Shown here: positions 22,209 to 36,467 of the stretch, in pieces | How the letters are laid out: each line of letters opens with the position of its first letter | Position numbering within the stretch: the stretch's first letter is position 1 | From: Protoeuglena noctilucae | Lineage: Eukaryota | DNA: 64,000 bases | Direction of reading: 5' to 3' | Assembly: GCA_958009085.1 (NCBI GenBank) | Contig: OY253671.1 | Coordinates: 1,550,001 to 1,614,000, forward strand | Position numbers and translations under genes: made by a program | Notes under the pieces: model-generated | Databases searched by the model: none | What the model was told of the DNA's origin: nothing | Seen by the model: only the letters and a program-made list of their open reading frames with translations

Positions 22209-25200
22209 TTACACCACGAGGAGGGCCGTGAGGAGGATCAGGGAGAGCGCGGCCCCGAACGCGACGGCGGAGGAGTTGACGTTGTCGGCGGAGGAGGTGG
22301 ACGCGCCCACCGACACCGTGGGGTCCCAGTGGACGTACTGGGGGGGATGAGGGGGGGTGAGAAGTGAGAATGGAAGTGATGGAGTGATACATGTTGCTTA
22401 TCATGGTCAACAACGCGAAGGAGCAGTGGTGGTGGGGTGGTATGAGGGTCGCACTGTGTGAGAGAGAGCGGGGCGGAAAGGGCACAGCGGGGCGCAGGGG
22501 GCATGGGGCGGGGGTGCGTGCAAGACGTGTAATAGAGAGCAGCAGGGGTGCAGCATCGGTAGCGGCATCTGCAATGGCAACGGCATCCATTGACGCTCAC
22601 CGTGTCGAAGAAGGGGACCGTGATGCGGACGCGGAGCTCGTCAAACTCATGGTCCTGCTGGCTGCCCTGCTGGCCACCCTGACCACCCTGCTGACCGCCG
22701 CCCTGCTGGCCACCCTGGCCGCCGGGAGCGGGGGTGGCGCCGCCGGGAGCGGGGCCGGGAGCGGGAGACTGGGAGAGGCGACGGGTGTGGGGGGTGGCGG
22801 CGGGACCCTGCCCACCCTGCTGCCCGCCGCCCTGCTGCCCGCCGCCCTGCTGCCCGCCCTGCCCCTGCTGGCTGCCCTTCTGGTTCTTGCTGTTGAGGTC
22901 GGCGGGCGTGCCGATCTCGATGTCGCTCGTGCTGAGGCAGTCGTAGGTGACGGTGACCTTGTTGGTGGACGAGTCAGTCGTGCTCAGGTACACGCACTGC
23001 TCCAGGTCGAGGGAAGCCTGGGCGTCGCTGCCAGAGCCCAGGGCCACGTTGAGGCGCGTCATCGGAGCCTGCTTCTGGGTGCTCTTGCCACCCTGCTGGC
23101 CGCCCTGCTGACCACCCTGCCCGCCCTGCTGCCCACCCTGGCCGCCCTGACCACCCTGCTGGCCACCCTGGCCGCCCTGCCCACCCTGCCCGCCCTGCTG
23201 GCCGCCGGGAGCGGGGGTGGCGCCGCCGGGAGCGGGGCCGGGAGCGGGGCCGGGAGCCTGGGAGAGGCGACGGGCGTGGGGGGTGGGGGTGCCACCCTGC
23301 TGGCCGCCCTGCTGCCCGCCACCCTGCTGCCCGCCACCCTGACCACCCTGCTGGCCGCCCTCCTTCTGGGGACCCTGGGGCCCGGAGCGGGGGTCGCAGG
23401 GGTTCTGCAGGAAGGGAGGGGATGCGGGAAGGGAGTCAGGGTCGGTGGCGCCCGATGCGTTGCAATGCCGGCCACAAGGGAAGCACAGAGCAGCGAATGA
23501 GCCCGGCGCACCCACGCAAGCGATGCTGCATGCAAACACAAGCCCCACAGAAGCGACATGCATACGTGCACGCACGCAAGCGCCTCGTGCCTGGCTGGTG
23601 CAGTTGCGCTGGGAGGTGATCTTGCTGGGGTCGGAGCTGCTGTCGGAGCTCTTCATGGAGAAGTCGATCTGGAGCATGTTGCTGGAGCTGCAGAAGTCCC
23701 AGCCGGTGACTTTGACGCCGAACTGCAGGGCACGATGGGGCGGCACGGGTGGTGAGGTGGTATGTAATCAGATGGTCGTTGTTAGGCCACTCGCACATCT
23801 CGCTTGCACATCACCATCCCCCGCCTTGCCATTGCTATTAGTGTCATAACTACCACCCACGCCCCTCACGGCCTCCGCCCCTCTCTGCCCCTCGGCCCCC
23901 TTGCTCTTCTTCCCAATCGCACCAACCCATCGCAGCACTACTCGCCTTGACCGAGTCGGCTCCCACTTGCACGAGCGTGCCGTTGGTGGTGGCGGCGGAG
24001 GCGTTGGCGATGGCCACGTCGGTGCACGACACGGTGCACATCTCGGTGGCGGCGGGGACGCACACGCCCGTCGTCTGGTCGCACGTGGGCTTGAGCGACG
24101 AGGCGGACGCGGGGCAGTTGGTGGGGGCGCCGCACAGGAGCTCCGAAGAGGCCTGCAGTGAGTTGAGTGGGTGGGTAAGGGTGGGCGAGGGTTAGTAGGG
24201 TGCGCCATCGCATGCGATACCCCCAGGTGCTTCGGTTTGCTTCCCAGCACCGCCAGCTGCAGCTGTCGCCTCGTCCGGCGCGTGCGTGCGAGGGACTCAC
24301 GTCGAGGTTGGCGTTGTCGGAGAAGATGAGCATGTGCATTTCCACCAGGCGCTGCGTCGGGTCCGTGACTTTGGTCAGGCCGCCCGTGGGCGCGTAGGTG
24401 GGCGCGGGGGTAGGGGCAGACGTCGGCGCCGTGGTGGGCGCCGTGGTGGGCGCGGTGGTGGGCGCGGTCGTCGGCGACTGGGCCAGGCGGCGGGCGTGGG
24501 GGGTCGCGGGGGCAGGGGTGGACGGGGCCGGCGTGGCGGTCACGGTGGGGCAGGCCCCGAGCGACAGGGCAGCCAGGGGGTAGCTGAAGTAGAGGTCGAG
24601 CGCCTGCGGGGAGAGGGTTGAGTGTTGATTGGTCTCACTCTTGCGATGTGTGCCAAAGGCCCCTTGCCTAGTTGATTGCGGCACCGTTTGCTGGGTCTGT
24701 GCTCGCAAGATGCCCGCGTGCGCGCTGCTCACATAGGCAGTGCCGGAGGTGGTCGTGATGGTGGCGTTCGACACGGCGAATGACAGCAGGTCGCTCTGGT
24801 CGATGTTCCCCAGCACGCGGTTGGCCACCGCCTGCTTGCTCGAGTCGACTTCCTGGATCTGGAGGAAGCGCAGGTCCAGGTAGTTGGAGTCCGTCACGTT
24901 GCTCTTCTGGAGCACGCTGCGGGGGGAGGGGAAGGAGGAGACGCACTCGCGGCTGCGGTTCGCCAGCAGTCGTCAGTCCAACGTCGGCGCGGGCCTAACG
25001 CACCGGAAGTTGGGGCGGAGGCCGTGGAGAATGACCTTGAGGGCACCATCGTTCGAGGTGAACGCAGTGTCGTCCTGAGAGCGCGGTGAAGTGCCCGCGA
25101 TTCCGCGCGGACGAGGTTACATGCAGGGGACTGCCGAGCCCCCGATCGACGGCTTCGGCGACGCGGCCGGGGTCGAGCGCCCGCGCAGCATTCGATCTGC

Positions 25201-25461
25201 TCAATCAATTGTCGGAAACGGCACGCAAAGGCCGGATAGGAGGGCCGCGGGGGCGCAAGCTGGCGGTCAAAGGACGAGCCCGCGCGCGGAGCCCGCGAAC
25301 GGCCACGCCATCACCTGCCCGCCTCCCATGGGAGGACCGTGCTTCTGACCGCCCGGTGGCGCGGTGCCCGTCGGGGTGGTGCCGGGGCCTGGGGCCGGCC
25401 CTTGGGCGAGAGCCGTCGCGAAGACGCCGGCCAGCAGGGCCAGGAGCGCCAGGGCCCGCAT
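22209..25461 (-). CDS. Secreted, probably GPI-anchored surface glycoprotein with RRL motifs and Pro/Thr and Gly/Gln repeats
   Basis: Signal peptide MRALALLALLAGVFATALA-Q. Globular blocks LRFLQIQEVDS, VK|FGVKVTGWDFC, LRVRITVPFFDT|YVHWDPTV. C-terminus NSSAVAFGAALSLILLTALLVV-stop (TAA 22209-22211) with no cytosolic tail. Contains (TTAP)n and (GGQQ)n repeats. Confidence 0.75.
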
Positions 25462-26439
25462 TTTAAGACGCGACTCGAGGCAGCCGGGGCAGCCCCAGAA
25501 GCTGGTCGGGTCGAGGAGGGATGCGAAAGGGCTCTGAAGAACCGAAAGCCTGAGAACCGGTCTCACTGCAGGCGCAGCGACGCGCCGATGAGTGGAGACG
25601 ACGGAAAACTGCCCGCTGTGGCCATGGCGAGCGCGCATTTGAGCTCGCGGCGACGCCCGCGGCCCGAAACCGCCAGTCTGGCTCAAGCTTAGCGTTCTGG
25701 GGCCGCGGGCGCGTCCGCGGCCGTCAGGGGGGTTTCACGCGATCCGCATCACGTTCAATTCTTCATCGGGCGCCGTCTTCCTGCCGGGAGACAAGCCGCG
25801 ACTGAGCGAAACAACGACTGGGTGCGACCGGCCCATCCAGGCATCCTACGATTCGAGCTTGCCCTTAGACGCGTCCCTGGTTAGCGTCTGGTGATCTCTT
25901 CACTTCCACAACCACGCCTGAAAGACGGTCCTTCCCTGCGGTCGGGGAGTTGTACGCAGCGGCTGGACGAAGAACTTTGCTCGCAGCTCCAGCGCCCCGC
26001 GCGGCAGAGAGTGGCCTGGACGAGGTGCTCAGTTCGATCAAAGGTATTTCTATACACACACAGCGCCCCAGCCCTCCGCGAGTACAGTTTCATCATCATC
26101 GCCGCGGGAAGCCCGCAGCTCGGGTAAATCCCTTAACTAGAGGCCCGCACTTGGGCCGCTGAGTTAAGATCCGTCATAATGGGCTTGTAAAGGGGCTTCG
26201 TGAACAAATTTCGTCATCATCGCACCGCGTCCAGACACCGCACGGGAAGTCCCGAGGCGCACGCATCCATCCTCCCGTCACTTGCCTTTGCGCGCGCCGT
26301 CCGAGAATGCCTTGAGGCAGCGCCGGCGAGAATCCCTTCACGGCCAGCGCGGCTGGGTCGCCAGCGTTTTCATCTGGCGCACAGCTGCAGCACAGCGCGT
26401 CAGAGCCCTAAGCGTGTGTGCTTAGCACTGCTATCCCCT

Positions 26440-29119
26440 TCACTCGAACGGCACGGACCACGGGTGGGCCACCTTGCCGAAGTGGATGGCCGTCACGGCC
26501 TCGTAGAGCCTCCAGGTGAGCGTGTCCCGTCCCTCCATGTCGCGCTTGCATGTGAGCACGGCGCCACCCTCCCGCTTGAAACGCTGCACGGGCGACACCA
26601 CCGCCGCCGTCCCCGCCCCGAATGCCTCCAGCAGCCGCCCCTCCCCCGCCGCGGCCACCAGCTCCCGAAGAGTCACGTTGCGCTCAGACACCTGCAATGG
26701 CGCAAGATGAAGGGATGCAAGTCACAAGCACGATGCGGGGGAGGGGAACCATGATGTCCACGACCACCACCACGCTCGCTGCCAACAGCATCGGGCCAGC
26801 ACTGCAGCAGCATGGGTGCCCGGTACGCATGCTTGTTGCTGTGACGTGATGTGCTGATCCCCCCCCCCTTCACCCCTCGCCTGCACGCCTGCACTGCTAA
26901 CCTCAACCCCATCCCACACCACCCCACCCCTCGCCTGCACGCCGTCGAATCCCCTGGCAATTTCAAGGAGAGAGTCGCGGGTGATGCCGGGGAGGATGGT
27001 GCCCTCGAGGGGAGGCGTGGCCAGCTCCACACGCCCATCGCCCAAGTCCAGCACCAGGAAGATGTTCATCGTGCCCACCTGAGGGGATGGGGGTATTTAT
27101 GATAGTGGTGATTGCCGTGTTGTATGGTGGGGCAGGTGTGGCGAGACCCGGTTGCAGCTCGTCAGATGGTAGCATGGTGGCATGGGTGGTAGCGACGGTG
27201 GTGGCACGGGCGCATGGCCGGTGCGAGTAGTGATAGTGAGAGTAGTGATGTTCATGAGTTGACTCCTAAGTTGACTCCCTCATACCCTGGGTCATACCCA
27301 GTCCCCTCCCCTCACCTCCGAGAGCGTCGCGTCGAGTGAGTCCTGCGTCCTCGGCAGCAGGTACAGCACCTGGGCGCACCCGTGCATCTGCTGGGCCGTC
27401 AGACCGGGGAGCACTGCGGGGGGCGAGAGATGCGAGGGGCAGTCATGGGCGTGTCATAAGCGCGTGGGAAGACATTGCCATCCTTGCCAAGTTAGTTCAG
27501 TTGCTTGTTTTACTTGTTACGAATGCGGCAGTCGGTCAGCTCTCGCGTTGTCTCCAATGTTACACATCTCAACACATGCAACACCAGTGTCGCCACTCTC
27601 ATCTCACCTGTGGGGCCGTAGTTGCTCGCCACCTTGCGGTCGCCCGCCCCGCCCGGCCAGGCCCTGCGCGGGAGCAGGCGAGACACGATTGCACGTCGCA
27701 GTCATGATCACAAAGATGGTGCCCGAGATCTCCCTAAGGAATCAGGGGCCATCACAAGGGAGAATGCGACCGTGCACAGCCCCAGTCCCACCAGCCCCAT
27801 CTACCACCCTCGCCCTTCCCCTGAATGCCCGTCACATCGCATCTCACCTCACGTGCACCTCGTTGACGAAGAGGTCGAGAGGTTTTAGTCCCTGGGCGTA
27901 GTAAGGCCCCGAGGGCGACAGGATGCACGCGATGGTCACACGCGACGCGGCCATCAGGCCCAGGCCGGCGTGGGAGGCGAAGGCGAAGGGGCGCACGTAG
28001 ATGGTGTATCCCTCGCGCGCGGGGAGCCAGCGGCGGTCGACGCGGAGGAGGGCCTTGATGCACTCGAGCAGCTCTGGGAACGAGGTTGAGGGAAGTGGAG
28101 TGGGAAGTAGAGGAACACAGGAAAGGGAATTGAGGATCAGGAATGGATGAGGGAGTAGACAAGGGTTCTGCCATCCATATTATTGCTGTCAGAGTCGCGT
28201 GCTCTGCAAAATTGCATGGATGGGGCCCTCTCGAAAGAGATGGGACATTGCGGCATCCAGCCCTCACCGTCCTCGTCCCATGCGGTGGGGAAGGACAGGC
28301 GCTCCATCGACCGCTTCAGGCGCGCCATGTTGCGCTCGGGGCGGAACAGACGGCCCTGCGAAGAGGCAAGGGCGGTGCAAGTTGCTGGGAAGACGAGGAG
28401 AAGAGCTCAGTGCTAGTGGCTGTGAATACAAAAACACGTATGGCAGGAGGCAAGACCGGTGCTAGGTGCTGTGAACACAAGGGCTCAGTATAGGGAAGGC
28501 CAGTGCAAGTTGCTGTGAACACAAGGGCTCAGTATGGCATACGTGCTGACTGTGCATGGTGGCTTCTCACCTTCCCATCCTGCACGCCGTAGTAGGCCTT
28601 CATGCCCTCGAAGCAGGAGGTCGCGTAGTGAAGCACGTAAGACGCGGGGTCCTGCGCGGGAGCAGTTGCGGAGCGTTGGGGCATGGGGCGTGTGGCACGC
28701 AGCCAATGCACGGTCGCAGCTGCAGCCATCAGCTTTCTTGCGCGCACCAGGCTGAAGGGGCCGTACGGCTTGATGTGCGGCTTGCCCCAGCCGCTCGTGG
28801 CATCCCAGTCAATGATCTGCGGGGAAGGGGCCGTTACCACCTCGCTCGCCGCCGCCAGCCTGGCGCTGACGGGGAGGAGCCGCGGGCGCGGCGCACGTCG
28901 CGCGCCGGATCCGAGGACCCAGCGCGAGAGATTCTATTATACAAAGAGAAGGCAGGATCGCCCTTTCCGTCCCCCGATCCACGCCGGCAGCGCGGCGGCA
29001 CCCACCAGCATATGATCCGTGAAGTGCCGGCCGAATCCGAGCGTCTCGGGAGCCGGAATCTCTCGCAGCTGCTCGCTTCGCTCGATCACAAGATCTGAAG
29101 CGCGAAAGGTCGCCGCCAT
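26440..29119 (-). CDS. BCAT: Branched-chain amino acid aminotransferase (PLP fold IV)
   Basis: Motifs [62 protein letters not shown] (catalytic Lys), [19 protein letters not shown] and [14 protein letters not shown]; about 10 exons. The N-terminus may extend upstream. Confidence 0.95.
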
Positions 29120-29404
29120 CTTCGCCCTCTAGCTGCAGAGCGGCGTGCGTGCCGTGCCCCAGTAGCGCAACCACTCGACCGCGCGGCGGCGTGACCTTCA
29201 GCGATGCGGATGCGCAAGTGATGTTGCTTGGATGCCAAAGATGGCCGCACGGGCCCGCTTGATGCGCTGTTCGAAGCGCATCGGGTGCCAGAACCCGACG
29301 CCATGGCGTCAGCAGGTCCTCGCGTTCCCGCGGCTCGGTCCACGATGCCCGCAGTTCTCCTCGTAGCCATCCTATGCCCGCACTTTCCAAAGCAAGAGGC
29401 GAAA

Positions 29405-32290
<2,886 letters not shown>

Positions 32291-32816
32291 GGCCAAGTTA
32301 CTTGTGCTTAGAGCTGGGAAGACAGAGGGGTGCACATGCGGGGTCGCAGTCACAGTTTGGGAACCCAGCCTGGCCTAAGCGCGATGACTCGCAGTCATGA
32401 GGGGCTATGGGGAGGTATGGGGAGACTCTAGGATTGCACTGTCGTGCGCCTGCTGGCGAGGCGAGGGGCACGCCTGTCACGGTGATCCGTGGGAGCTGAG
32501 TTTCAAACGACAGGGGTCGAGTTTTAAAACATGGCATCTCATGGGTCCGGTTGCTGCGGCTGGTCCTGGCTGGCAAAAGAACTGAGCAAGGCTTCTCTAC
32601 ATCACGGTTCGTCAATGCAGCAAACGACAGAGTGAGCGACAACAAGCGTTAGATGCAGTGACTCTTGGGACCCATCCCTGCAGCGGAGCTGATCGTGAAG
32701 GCGACTCTGCGCCTGCCTCCCCATTACATGCACTCTACACTATGCTACGCTATACACGGTACTGCGCTGCGAGGGCACGTCGATAGATAGACTATTCCAA
32801 AGTAAACAACTGGGCC

Positions 32817-33875
32817 TCACAGTTCCCCGCCCGCCCTGCCCATCGCACCCGACGGGTTGCGCACGATGCGGGGGGGGAGCGTCTCTCGCAGACTCATGCA
32901 TTGGCATGTACATGCGCGTGGGGGAGAGGAGGTCGGCGTGGACGGCGAGGGAGGCGGCGCTGGGGATGAGGACCGCGGGGGCCAGGCAGGCCAGGGAGCC
33001 TTGGGAGAGGAGGGACCTGGGAAAAGGGAAAGGGACGTGAGTGAGGGGTGTTGGTTGGGTCAGGAAGCCTTGAGAGAGGAGGGACCTGGGAGAGGGGGAC
33101 AGGCAGAGGGGTGTGGGTCAGGGGTGTTGGGGTGGTCACGGTGCAGGCTCAGCATGGTCGCAACATGGTCGATGTTAACTATGCATCACTGCACAATAAT
33201 AGGGCATACGTAGATGCAGTGTAGCAGCGACAGTATCGCTGGTCGATGGCTCGTGCCCCTGTATCCGCCCTCACCCGAGCGTGTCGGCGTGAATGAAGGA
33301 CACGTGCGCGCTGTCAAGGACCGTGCCTGCCAGGAAGGCCCTGGGGATCGGGAAGATGAGATGGATCGATTATCGATATATGACAGCTGCCAAAGCACTG
33401 ACTCAGAACATGGAAAGGCAGCATGCACGGTCACCCGCCGAGGGCCAACAGGTGCGGCGTGGGCAGGGTTCGCTGGAACTCGGCCACCAACATGAGCACC
33501 GCGAACGCCGCCACGGCGCCGGGGCCCCGGGGACGCCTCCTGCGGCCGCCGGCCTCCGCTCTGGGCGCCGTCGCCCCGGCATCATCACCGTAAGGGCGCA
33601 CGGTGGGGTAGTGCTCGCGCCGGGTCACACGGCCGCGCACCAGCCACCTGGATTGCAGGAGATAATGTTATCATAACGCGGATGGCGTCGCAGAAACGCC
33701 GCTCGCACGGCCGCAGGGTCGCGCGGACGCACCACAGCCCGGCCAGGCCCGCCAAGAGGCCCGATACGTGGAGCGGAGCGGCCTCGAGGGGCGCCCGCAG
33801 CAGCGCAAAGACATACACGGCCGACAGCGCGGCCAGGACGGGCACGACGAGCCCTGAGAGTCCCTCGCCCCACAT
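32817..33875 (-). CDS. Hypothetical small multi-pass membrane protein (4 exons)
   Basis: In-frame splice: MWGEGLSGLVVPVLAALSAVYVFALL..GLAGLW|WLVRGRVTRR..VAAFAVLMLVAEF..LLALGG|AFLAGTVLDSAHVSFIHADTLG|SLLSQGSLACLAPAVLIPSAASLAVHAD..GGEL-stop. A TGTAA lies about 90 nt downstream on the minus strand. Confidence 0.55.
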
Positions 33876-34181
33876 TTTTTTTCAGGGCGACAGGGATTCC
33901 CGCGCGAAAAGGCTGTATGTGGCCTTGATGTTCTGATGGCAACTAGCTCGCAAACAGTGGCAAATTATGAGAGGGCAGGAGCGGGCGGATAGCCATTGCT
34001 CGCTTCGCTGCAAAGCTGTCTGGCTGTTTTCGTGCCAGCGGACCGTCATGTGGCTCGTGGCTCACCACAGCGTTCGCGAGCCACTGTTCCGTGACAGCGT
34101 GGCGATGCCGCGCAGGATCGCGCACTGCAGGAGGCCCGCTCGCGAGGCGGGCGAAGGCGGACGGGGGCAGCCGCGCCTCCC

Positions 34182-36040
34182 ATGAAGGCCGCGGGCCTCA
34201 TCACGGCCGCATATATTGCCGCAGGTAGGTGTTCATGTGGGCTTCTCGCTGCTGGGATCCTGTGCTGTCTCGGTTCAACAACACGTGCAATTGGTAAGGA
34301 TCGTTCACGCACCCCTAGACGCGCCCCTTCCTCGACACCCGAGCAAGATCTCCGCCTGCCGCCGCGCGTGCCCTTTCAGATCTAAAGAAAGATGCCGTGG
34401 GAGGGATTTTGTCGCGCATCCGTGTCCCCTTGACCCCCGCGGCCCACCGCCCACACCTCCACGCAGGGATCGCGTCTGCGGCGTCCGCGTTCGTCTTTTG
34501 GGTCCGCGTCGGCAGCCTCGGCCCCTCGGATCTCGCCACGTACCTCCTCGCGGTCGCCATCGCCCTCACATTCGCCGAATTGCTCCGCCTCATCCTCGCT
34601 TTTGTGCGGGGAGTGCACGCGGCTGGTGAAGAGGTCCGCGCAGCCATCGCCGACGCGGATCCAAACGCGCGCAAGAAGCCCAAGCATCTCCGCGCGGCTG
34701 TGGGCCTGGCGGGTGCGCTGGCGACGGACGCACCGCTGGTGGCCGGCGTGTGCGTGGCGGCGGGGGAGGGGGTGTCGATTGGAGGAGCGGGGGCCTTTGC
34801 GGTGGTGGCGCCCGTCGCGCACTCGGCCCTCGCCGCGTGGCGACTGCGCCGCGCATTCCGGGACGTCGCTGGGGAGGGTGCGGGTGCTCCGATCCAAACA
34901 TCGACACCGCCCGTGCCGAGCCATGCAGCGCTGGAGGGTGGGGTGGCGCGGGTGGCTGTGGTCGACGTTGAGGGGCTGAAAGATGGGAAAGTGGGCGCAT
35001 TGCAAGACAGGTGAATGGCTGGGGTGGGGTGGGGGTGGGTGGGGTGGGGCAGACCCGTGCTTAGGCATGCATGCCATGCCTGGGCCTGTGGCGTTTGTGG
35101 AGTGTGCTAGGCAACTCATGCTTCGCCTCGTGTCGCTTGCAGTGACGTGGTGGTGATGTTGGGAGAGGGCCGCATACCCTCTGAAGGTCTAAGCAAGGAC
35201 GGTGGGGGGTGGATGGGCAGGTGGGGAGAGGGGGAGGGGGCAGAAGGGATGAGAGGCGCGGAGGGGAGTGGTCGGGGTGTGGTGGATGGCGTGGGGGGTA
35301 CGACGGGCGGTGGGAGTGGCGATGACGGTGGGGGCGGTGAGGAGGGCGGTGGCGGTGAGGGGTTGCCAATGATACCGGAGAACAGCGGCGTGGGGCTTCA
35401 ATCGTCGGCAGTGATAGGCACAGATGAGAGAGGTGGCGAGGGCGGGGGGGCTGACGCGGTTGGTGGGGGCGATGGGGACGGTGGTGGCGAGGGGGGTAGC
35501 GGGCGAGGCGGGTCACATCATGGGGCTGAGTCGCGGCATATGGGCGGGTCGGAGGGCGGATGGGGCGACATCGATGCCGTCGCTGCGGAGGGGCGGAGTC
35601 TGCCTGGGCTGGGCAGGCAGAGGGGTGGCAATATCGATGGGGCGAGGCCAAAGCGAGGCGTGCGGTGGGCACATGGGGAGGGGCACGACGAGGGGCGACT
35701 TGGGATGCAGTCAGGCAGACAGAGCGAGGGTGTTTCAGTGTCTGGGGTGTCTATTGCGTCCGCACCTGATGGGGGTGCACGCACCACACACGCACGCAAG
35801 GGCGGTGCGAGGGGGGCGGCGAGGATGTCGGTGCCGGTGCGCGTGCCTGCTGAGGTGCGGGAGGCGTTTAAAAGCGGGGCGGGGGCGCGGGGAAGGTCGC
35901 CGCTCGCGGCGCAGAGCGGGGGTGGCAGTTGGGGTGCGGGTGGTGGTGGGGTTGGGGCGACTGATGGGGATGGCTGGGTGGCGTGGGTGGGTTTCCGGCC
36001 GAAGCCCAGTTCGTGGGGGTCGCGCACGGCCATGGGCTGA
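34182..36040 (+). CDS. Hypothetical membrane protein with Gly-rich C-terminal region (3 exons)
   Basis: MKAAGLITAAYIAA|DLKKDAVGGILSRIR splices in frame. Hydrophobic segments AGIASAASAFVFWV and LATYLLAVAIALTFAELLRLILAFV. Last exon about 35143-36040. Confidence 0.5.
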
Positions 36041-36467
36041 GAGCATATGGGTTTTTTTTGCTCTGTGTGATTGTGTTGTGAGGCCGCGGGTCGTGTCTGG
36101 GCCAGCGCTGTCGTTGCGCATTCCGTCGTCTGTTTGCTTGCTCTCAGCGACCTTTGCGATTGCAGCAAGAGTTGTTTGGATTCGCTGCATGAGTATCTGT
36201 GTTTGCAACAACCCAGCCCTTGCCAACACTCTGCTGGGCTTGCCGATAGTGACACAAACATGGCAGGGGCGACTGAATAGCCATGGCAGCCGTCTGAACT
36301 TCAACAGAGCCACTCGCCAAGCCACGCCACCGGCAGCCATTCGCACAGTTGCGCAGACCATCGCAACACTCACTGGCGCTCATCGCACCCCCCGCACTCC
36401 CGACACAAAACACCCCCTCCCCCCCCCCCCCTCTCCCCATCCCAACACATAAACATATCCCCCTCCC

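Noticed and set aside
22391..23500. 369-aa Leu/Ala-rich + strand ORF that looks like a membrane or repeat protein
   Set aside because: It is the antisense shadow of the GGQQ-coding exon of the minus-strand secreted protein (CAG codons read as CTG).
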